A stretch of DNA of 64,000 nucleotides from Bigelowiella natans CCMP2755 (taxonomy: Eukaryota > Protista > Cercozoa). Location: positions 1 through 64,000 of the forward strand of contig ADNK01002940.1 in the NCBI GenBank assembly GCA_000320545.1, in the 5' to 3' direction. Within the stretch, counting starts at the first letter, position 1. The number at the start of each line of letters is the position of its first letter. The notes beneath the pieces are model-generated. The model saw only the letters and a program-made list of their open reading frames with translations. It ran no database searches and was not told where the DNA came from. Below are positions 55,752 to 64,000 of this stretch, piece by piece. The translations under genes were made by a program, and so were the position numbers.

Positions 55752-56739
55752 ACTATGGTGATGACTCAAGTGAGCGAGCGAGTGAGCTCACACAGCAGCA
55801 GCAGCAGCAGCAGCAGGGTGCGAAAAAGTAACTACATTATACTCAGCAGTAATTCTAAGTTAAATAATACAACTATGCTTCTTTCTCCTTCTTCTTCTTC
55901 TTCTTCAATCCTTCATTATTTCACAATGGATGTGTTGCTAATGCTACTTACTAATGATACAATTACCTTCAACCAATACCAGGTGCCGTAATACCTGCAA
56001 ACATGATGATGACGATGATGATGATGATGATGACGATGATGATAATGTCATGCTACCGCAGTGATTTCAATCCATTCGAGCAGCATATATATATATATAT
56101 ATATATATTGATAATATGTTACATTTGTTTTTAAAGATTCCCACCTACAATTATACAACAACATGCAATACTACGCAAGCAAGCACAGAACAGCAGCAGA
56201 CAACAACAACAACAACAACAACGAGGGGTTGTTTGTTTACTGCAAGTAAGCAAAGACTTGTACTACAACTAGTACTATAATAGTAATAGTAGCTTTTCTA
56301 GATTGCCTGATGCTCCTCTCTCTACTGTTAATTAAGTTGTTTATTATTATTATTACTCGCATCTCCACTTTTTAAGCATTTTATGCCGCACCAAACGGTG
56401 CAAATCTGGATCATTTGTGACCCATATCTACAGGGGGGATAGGGGGGGGGGGGGGGGGAAGTAAAAAAAAAAAAAAAAAAAGGTGAATGAAAATAAATGT
56501 TGCAAGCGTTCCTAAAAAAAAAAAAGGGGAATGAAAATAAATGTTGCAAGCGTTCCTAAAGCTGCCAACACTCTCTTTCCGTAGTAAAGGAAGAGGGAGG
56601 AGGAGGAGGAGGAGGGGGAGGAGGAGAGGGTTTTGGCTTCCTAATTCTAATGGGGTCCTCCTCCTCGTCCTCCTCTTCCTCAACCATAGAGGGTAGTATT
56701 ATCTTCTTTTTCAATCTTGTCAGTGCTCTAATCATCATG

Positions 56740-56775
<36 letters not shown>

Positions 56776-56894
56776 ATTATCATCATCTATTCTCCTCATT
56801 ATAATAGTACCAGTAGGTACACTACTACTATTACTACTACTACTACTACTACTACTACTACCACTTGTAGCATATGATTAACCGTGTCACCATT

Positions 56895-56925
<31 letters not shown>

Positions 56926-57732
56926 CACTGTATTATTATCATTAGCAGTATTACCATAACCCACGAGGGAGAAAATTCTGCTGTCTTTCTCTCCTTCTTC
57001 TTCCCCTTCGTAACATCCTCTTCCTCCTCCTCCTCCTCCATGTAATCATCATCATAATATAATAACTTGCGGATGGGAAGATTGATGAGATCCCGGGGGT
57101 TTAATGTCTACGACAACAACAACAAGAAGAAGACGAAGACGACAAGAAAACAGAAGATATATACAGCAGCATTTGGTGACTCTACCACGTAGTACTACTA
57201 CCACCTTGACAACATATAGGATATAATATATTGCAATTACATATATAGTCTGCTAGCACCGATGAGAAAATAGTAAGTAAGTAATCATCATCATCATCAT
57301 CATTAATAATATTACCTTGTATTTGTGACTTCTCGACACACTCATCGAGGGCCATGGAGGATCGAGTACGATTAACCGAAATCCCTTTTAATATTATTAT
57401 TATTATTATCATTATTATACAACAGAACCCTTTTATTATTATTATAATACAACGGCAGCAGCAGTATTGGTCTCGATATTCATTGATGAATGTTTAAGAC
57501 AGAAGAAGAAGGAGAAGAAAACAACAATTGACATGATCATCATGCTGCTCCTGTTTTATGAACAAGCAAATACCAACCGGATTTGGTTTAGCTTTTAGAA
57601 GCGCCCCGAGGCCTTATGTAGACAAGATATTATTGTCATTATTAACACTATAGTTTAGTTGATATTATTGAGAAAAAAATAGTAGAGCATGCTGCAAAAA
57701 AATGAATTGACGACTACTTTTAGAGTGTATAG

Positions 57733-57767
<35 letters not shown>

Positions 57768-57792
57768 GCAGCCTCAGCAACATACGTTTACA

Positions 57793-57827
<35 letters not shown>

Positions 57828-58421
57828 TATCATCATTTCCTGTATGAAGAACACAGCTAAACATCCAACACATGCACTACAAACAAACCAACAAACCTGT
57901 GATATCAGCAAGTAGGAACTTCGCTCCTCTCGGAATGACGAACTGATGCCCACACATGCGGTACACCTCATCATTCCCTGTCTTGTTGTGGCGCATTTCT
58001 ACAATGCGAAGAATGATGAAGGAGGAGAACAACAAGAAGAAAATATCAAGGAATAAACGAGAAGAGGTGGGGAGGAGGAGAGAAAATGGATCTAGTAGTA
58101 GAAGTAGTAGTAGTAGTAGTATTATCTTGGGTTACTCAGCAATAATAAAGATTGCACAACAATAGTATTAGGGAACATCATCTATCTATCTATTCTGTCC
58201 AAATAAAAAAATAATTGAAAAATAATTAAATACTAACAATAATTACAACAATAATAATAGCTCACTTTTCACACAGCAGTCCTTCTTCTCTTGATGATCA
58301 TCATCATCATCATCATCTTTATCTTTGTAGCAACATGCATATTCAACGAGTGGTAGCTCTTCAATGCTAGAACCTATTGCACCGTTAGTAGCACGGACAG
58401 CTGTTATCATCATCTCAGCAT

Positions 58422-58464
<43 letters not shown>

Positions 58465-58849
58465 TCAGCTACTACTACAGCATTGCCCTCCTTCTCCTCC
58501 TTCTCTTAACCATCCTTGTCTTCTATCTCTATTTACATACGTGATAATAAATCCGCATATGCGAGCACATGTTGTATAGTTGAGTTCTTCAACTTTCGGC
58601 GAAGTTTTCCCAATACGTTTCTCACAGCTTCAGCCTTCAACTGTTGCTCTGTCGCTTGGAGACGTGGTGCTAGCTATAATCATATGAATACACAAAGTGT
58701 ATGTACATCAGTTACATCCATCAGGGGGGGGGGGGGGGGGGTAAAAGACTAGTAATTTCAACAGGAGGCAACAACATTTCATATGCTGTATTAGACTAGA
58801 GCGGTCTTGAGCATAAGTAATAAAATATTGGCTGGGGGGGTCAAAAGTC

Positions 58850-58895
<46 letters not shown>

Positions 58896-59842
58896 CAATG
58901 TATATGCAGTAGTACTTCTATGCCTACAACTACAATTCCTTCTACCATCACCCATAACTAACATCACTCTACTATTACTGCTACTACTCTGGTTGGTTTT
59001 TATCATACAGAAATCTGTTGATCATGCGACGGGGAGCACTTAAGCAAGAAGAGCTTTCTTAAGCTCTGAAACGTAGCAAATATATATTCCTCGTCGTAGT
59101 ACATGAAGCTTCGAGCCTGCAGTAGTTTACTTTGTTTGTCGTCGGAATAGGAGGGGGGGGTGAGGGGTCATCACTGATATTTTCTATGCTTATATTGATG
59201 TTGTATAAATATATTCGGCAATTGTTACAACACATATTATAATACCCGATTCATTCCGGGAGAAAATCATTCACATACACAATAACAACATGAAACAACA
59301 TCAATCACCATGTTTTGAACACCTTAGATTTTGACTTTTTCGCCTTCGATGATTTAGTTCCTTGCCCTACTACAAGTTGTTTCACATTCTGGGATTGCCT
59401 GAGCTGCTCATGTTCTTCAGCTATGGACGATTTCGAAGATGACGCCTGCGGTCGTAGTTTGTCCTTTCCCCCCCTTTTCCGTTTTCTTGAAGAGGATGTT
59501 GATCGAAAATAGGGCCGAGAGCGAGAGAAACAGTTTTGCTCCAAGGAGAGATTAAGTCTGATGGATGATGGGGGTTCACGATGACGAATAAACGTGATCA
59601 AGTAGTAGTAGTAGTAGTACTAGTAGTAGTAGTAGTAGTACCGGAATCTACGATAGTCATCCTGCAAGCCTTTTGCGAAATTTATCAACGCCCTGCAACA
59701 AACAACACTCACTCACTAACCCTAATGTTAGTTTGTCACCATATCCCGCTAATGGGACCGCATATGATGCGATTGTGATTGTGACAATGACAGTGACAAT
59801 GGCGACAAGTCATAGGAGACAACGCGAAGAAGAAACTGGGAG

Positions 59843-59873
<31 letters not shown>

Positions 59874-60001
59874 CCTCCGCTGTTCTCTGCCACGATCCCG
59901 CCAGCAACTGCCTCTGTTCTTCTTCTTCTTCTTCTTACTGTTGTTGTTGTTGTTGTTGCTGCTGCTGGAGCTTTCATTTTGAGCTCTTCCCCTGCCTTCA
60001 T
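53264..60001 (-). CDS. METTL4: MT-A70 family N6-adenine methyltransferase METTL4-like
   Basis: FVIPRGAKFLLADI, FRLIVLDPPWPSMSV, IWVTND, TWYWLKVT, RKSYEPVIIGR, HSNKP, CLEMFARNLLPNWWSWGNEVLKFQ; start inferred. Confidence 0.9.
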
Positions 60002-60049
60002 ACGCTGACGTAAGTCCTTGTCACGGGTTGATCATTGAGCAGCATTAAA

Positions 60050-61560
60050 CTTCGCATTGTTGAGGCATTGTTGAGGCAGCCACAGCAGCGTGCCACAAAT
60101 TAATTAAGCGCAAGGATGATTCGACTTGTCGCAGGACAAAAACATCCTAGGATTCTTCTTCTTGTGGGATTGGAGTGATTGGAGTTGTCGCAGGACAAAA
60201 ACATCCTAGGATTCTTCTTGTGGGCAATTCACACGAACCCTCCTCAGTTTGCTGGTCAGTCCTCACCAAAGCTAGTTCTGTTCGAGGCACTTCATTTCGT
60301 GCACTGCAAGTGTCTTGCAACACTTTCAAAATGCAGTTTTTCATCATTGTTCATTGTTCATTGTTCGTGTCCCTTTGAACCACCCACTTGCTCGTTTTCG
60401 TCCTCGTCGACGGTTCACCGCCGCACGCTTCGCTGACTTCGATTTGCCGGACTCACAAGCCAGCAAGCTTTGACGAAGATGGCCGAGAGTCATCAGTTTT
60501 TTGGTGACGTCCATTCAGTGTTTGAGTGGCACTGTGTTTTGAAAAAGTGCTGCAAGTGAAAAAAACAACGAAGAAGTTGAAGTCACCAAAAGTGAGGAAC
60601 ACAAGATGTGGGACACGACACGATGAAGAAACGACTGCTTCTTTGTCGACATCGATGTCCATTGCGTTTTCCAGCCTGTCTAGCTGTCCCTTTGCCTTTT
60701 GTTCTTGAGGGCTGAGGGGTGAGACGATGATTGTGGACGTGTGGTGACGATGGTGGTGGTGGTTGAGGTGGTGATGATGGTGACGACGATGACGCTGTCA
60801 CGTGGACCATTGCATTGTGTCGATGGTTGACGACGACAGGAGTGATGTTTGCTGCACTCATGTTGAACGAATGATGGCGGTGATCATGGTGACACAAGTC
60901 GTGGTGATGATGCTCATTGCTAGTCTGGCACTGTTCGCACACCAACAGCAACGCCAGAACGCACGAGCGTGGCTAGCGTGGGCGTGCACGACGACAGTGC
61001 ACAGCAACGTGCACCACATGCTTCGCTCACTGATTTGACTCAGAGAAGCTAGCAAGCTTTGACGAAGATGGCCAACAGTCATCAGAATTTTGGTGACGTT
61101 CACTCGGTGTTTGAGTGGCCCTGTGTTCTGAGCGCGAGAACTTGGTCTTCGCGCCACGCACTGGCACACACAGCAGTGTCCACGATGTGCTCATGCAAAT
61201 CGCACACGTGAGTCTTCACTCCTCTCATAGCGCTTTGATGAAGCTAGCCAATTGCTCATCACAACTTGTCCATTGCTGCAGTGTGTGGTGCGATCTAGCG
61301 ATGAACATTGCAGCCGAATGATCAAGTTTCCGCAGACCAAAATTTGGCTTCATTTGAAAAACAAGAAATTGCGACGTTTGTTTACTTGCTCAATCTAGAT
61401 GCAAGAGCTACGTACGAACTTTCAAGAGAATTCAAATCGCACATGCAAGTTGTCTTCGCTGCTAATGGTTCATGCGCAAAAGCAGCATGTAAACGTTTAT
61501 CTCGGTGGTAGCGTATGGATGAGAAAATGCGACTTATGTTCACATGAGCGTTCCAGATGT
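60050..61560. mobile_element. Decayed repeat/transposon-like island with internal direct repeats
   Basis: 35-bp repeat at 60126-60160/60185-60219 and a diverged repeat of about 115 bp at 60424-60542/61016-61131; no intact ORF. Confidence 0.35.
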
Positions 61561-61586
61561 GTTTCTTCTTCATCCTTCCTATTCTT

Positions 61587-63399
61587 CTACTTTGTAATGC
61601 GGCGTCGAGAGCTTCGCAAGCTAAGTTGAAGCCTTATGAAAAACAAAACCAATCTGAAAACTAGGACAAAAAACTTATCAATTGAAAGTATCCTCCTATA
61701 ATTGTTACTAGCGACCTTTTATACTTTAAATCGGTTTCTTCAGAGACTGATGGAAATACCTATCCAACGCCAAAGAAAGGATGCGGATAAGAACCACACT
61801 GAATACTTATTACTTCCACCATAAGAATGAGATAAACTAAAGGAGAGCAATAAAATTTTGTTTGTGAATTGTGTATTCACAAGAATGAGATGAAATAAAA
61901 ACAAGTAGAGGGTTCATCATGTAATTTCGTTTGTTACCCTTTTAAGCGCTTCAGTGAAGTCTGCTTTGTCAACATATATTCCAGTTGTCTTCATTCTCTT
62001 TGCTATTCATTTATTTATCAAAAATCATATGCACAATAACCTCAAGCTAGTTTCAATTATATTAACTCGTATGTTTCTACCTGAAATTTTCCCTGAGATC
62101 TCTTGTAGCCGATTAGAGACTCGCCTCAGAGAATTTGTTGTTGCCTCTCTCACTAATGCTGTAAGGTCTGCCCCCGAAAAACCATTGAGCTGCTCGATAA
62201 AGTAACAAAAAAATATGATCACTTGCTTTAAGGACCCGAAACACGAATTCTGCGAATAAACTCCGTTCTTGGAGAGAGCGAATGGATGAACATAATCAGA
62301 CGGTATATCATTCTATCATGAACAATTATTTACCTGAGCGCGTCTTGATATTTCAAAAAGGTCTACGTTGGCTGCTAGAGGGGTCTTTTTAGTTGCCACC
62401 TTATTAAGTAATAGAAAAATAATAATTTAAGATTGATAATTGATTATTCTTAGAACTATTTAAAGAAACTATATTATACACAACATAAGCAAATATTTAT
62501 ATATGTATATAATATATGTATATATATTATACTTGATAATATCATCAGTAATTTTAAGATTGAAGATGTACATAAAAACTACATGATCTAAATCCTACTC
62601 CTACTCCAATAAAATACTGTTTTTACCTTCAGAATTGAGTATCTAGCATCTGGTGAAGGTAATGGCACATACAGGAGCTTATCTAACCGTCCAGGTCGCA
62701 TCTAGGGCAAGCAAAAGGGGATTATGTTGTCCAACGGCGAAATTAAGGTACACCTCAACTCATGATTAAATTTAACGATATATAAATCTGCATACGTGAT
62801 ACGTATTGTCACAAAATAAAATAAATCGCAATTTTGGATGCTGTCATTGAAGACGAAAGTAATAATACCATAGCAGGATCTATAATGTCTGGTCGATTAG
62901 TGGCAGCAATTACAAATATCTGGTATTTTAGCAATCACAATGGACACAGTTAATACTAATCAATAATAATTTACATGGTTCGCTACAAAGTCGTGAAAAC
63001 ATAATCCTAGGCATGTTCAAAATCTCTCTACTCTTCCCCCCTTCCCTCCTACATTTAAAAATCCTGAAATCATGCAGATATCTGTAGGCAAAAGGGATAC
63101 GAAAATTAGTCCCTGTAACACTACTCACTGCTTTCATCCTTAACATTGTTTATATAATTTGGTTCTACATCCTGACCAAATCGATAGTTTTTTTATTTAA
63201 AATTGTTAATTTAGAAAATACACTGATTAATTCAAGTATGAATATTTCCAGGAAAATATTTCTATCGTTAGTGCCTGCTTTCTTGCATCAAGGCCATCCA
63301 TTTCAGTTAATAGCTGGTTAACAACTCGCTCTGAAACCTATTTTATTTAGAATATATTTTGCTCCGATATGCCCGAAGTAAATACGAGAGTGTTTGGGG

Positions 63400-63447
<48 letters not shown>

Positions 63448-63895
63448 CATGCCCGCCTAAATGGTGGTAATTTACCTGACTGCCTTCATTTCCTTGTCCT
63501 CTTTTTGGGCAGAGGGCATCTAATTCGTCGAAAAATATGACGCAGGGAGCCGAAGCACGGGCCCTCGAGAACACCTTATCATGAGGGGAAAAAAAATTAT
63601 TCGAAAAATGGTGGTATCCATGTGTAAATGTTAACTGCTATCGGATAATTGTCATAGTGATTAGAAATAAAAAAATAAATTAATACCTGCCTCACCGCCT
63701 TTTCGGATGCCCCTACATATTTGTTCAGCAACTCGGGGCCCTGTAGTATAGTAATGAAAGTGATGGAAGACGTGGAAGTGACAGTATATTTATAGCGATA
63801 AATTTCAAGCGAAAGAATATAAAACCACAAAAAATGTAGTCACCTTTACTGAGAGAAAAGAAGCTCCACTTTCACTCGCAACCGCTTTAGCAACC
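61587..63895 (-). CDS. NVL: NVL/Rix7 AAA+ ATPase, D2 domain and C-terminus; 5' part lies outside the window
   Basis: [106 protein letters not shown]. Confidence 0.93.
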
Positions 63896-64000
63896 TAATA
63901 TCGAAAGATTATGACGGTAAGAATCAATGATAGTTGTAAGGTATGAATATGGTTGCTAGCATGTTGATAGTTTCAATGTTCTTGTTCCAAACTATCCCTT

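Larger units (their letters stand above)
230..63440. repeat. Pervasive microsatellites: (CAT/GAT)n, (TAG/TAC)n, (GAA)n, (GGA)n, (TA)n, (CA)n, (GA)n, poly-G/C
   Basis: Seen directly at many loci, mostly in introns. Confidence 0.99.

Noticed and set aside
53264-60001. METTL4 as the enzyme responsible for the islands
   Set aside because: Only proximity supports it; METTL4 is established mainly as an adenine-N6 methyltransferase, and the scars are C>T.
753-60951. Many ORFs with poly-M/I/L/V/H or VCVC/YIYI tracts
   Set aside because: Translations of microsatellites, mostly intronic or antisense.
41621-63895. Translation or ribosome-biogenesis gene cluster (RPL23, GNAT, RPS10, NVL)
   Set aside because: Interspersed with unrelated genes; plausible by chance.
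1-64000. tRNA, rRNA, CRISPR arrays, telomeric repeats, a TGTCGCA promoter motif
   Set aside because: No structural RNA or array was recognisable by eye; the 7-mer count looks close to chance.

Overview
Gene-dense, intron-rich eukaryotic nuclear DNA in the standard code, probably from a protist. It is full of (CAT)n, (TAG)n, (TA)n and (CA)n microsatellites, so most of the six-frame ORFs are repeat noise. Manual splicing gives about 17 genes: EEP-family nuclease/phosphatase, Tim17/22/23-like protein, a signal peptide + Tudor + DUF707-like protein, an 18-exon Nodulin-like MFS transporter, 3R-MYB, an intronless GDP-mannose 3,5-epimerase with a +1 frameshift, OXA1, class 3 lipase, RPL23, a NAA60/NAA50-like GNAT, RPS10, METTL4, NVL/Rix7 and several hypotheticals. 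The top finding is that the MFS gene is internally permuted. The TM8-TM9 block lies before the TM6-TM7 block, the junctions fall inside exons, the frame is preserved, and two short in-frame repeats (GTGGAGATG, TGGGTCC) sit at the junctions in the interleaved order that would let a block swap restore the canonical protein. The second finding is a regular layout of head-to-head gene pairs separated at their tails by TGCA/CATG/CTAG-rich islands that look like cytosine-methylation scars. All calls come from manual reading and motif recall; no searches were run.
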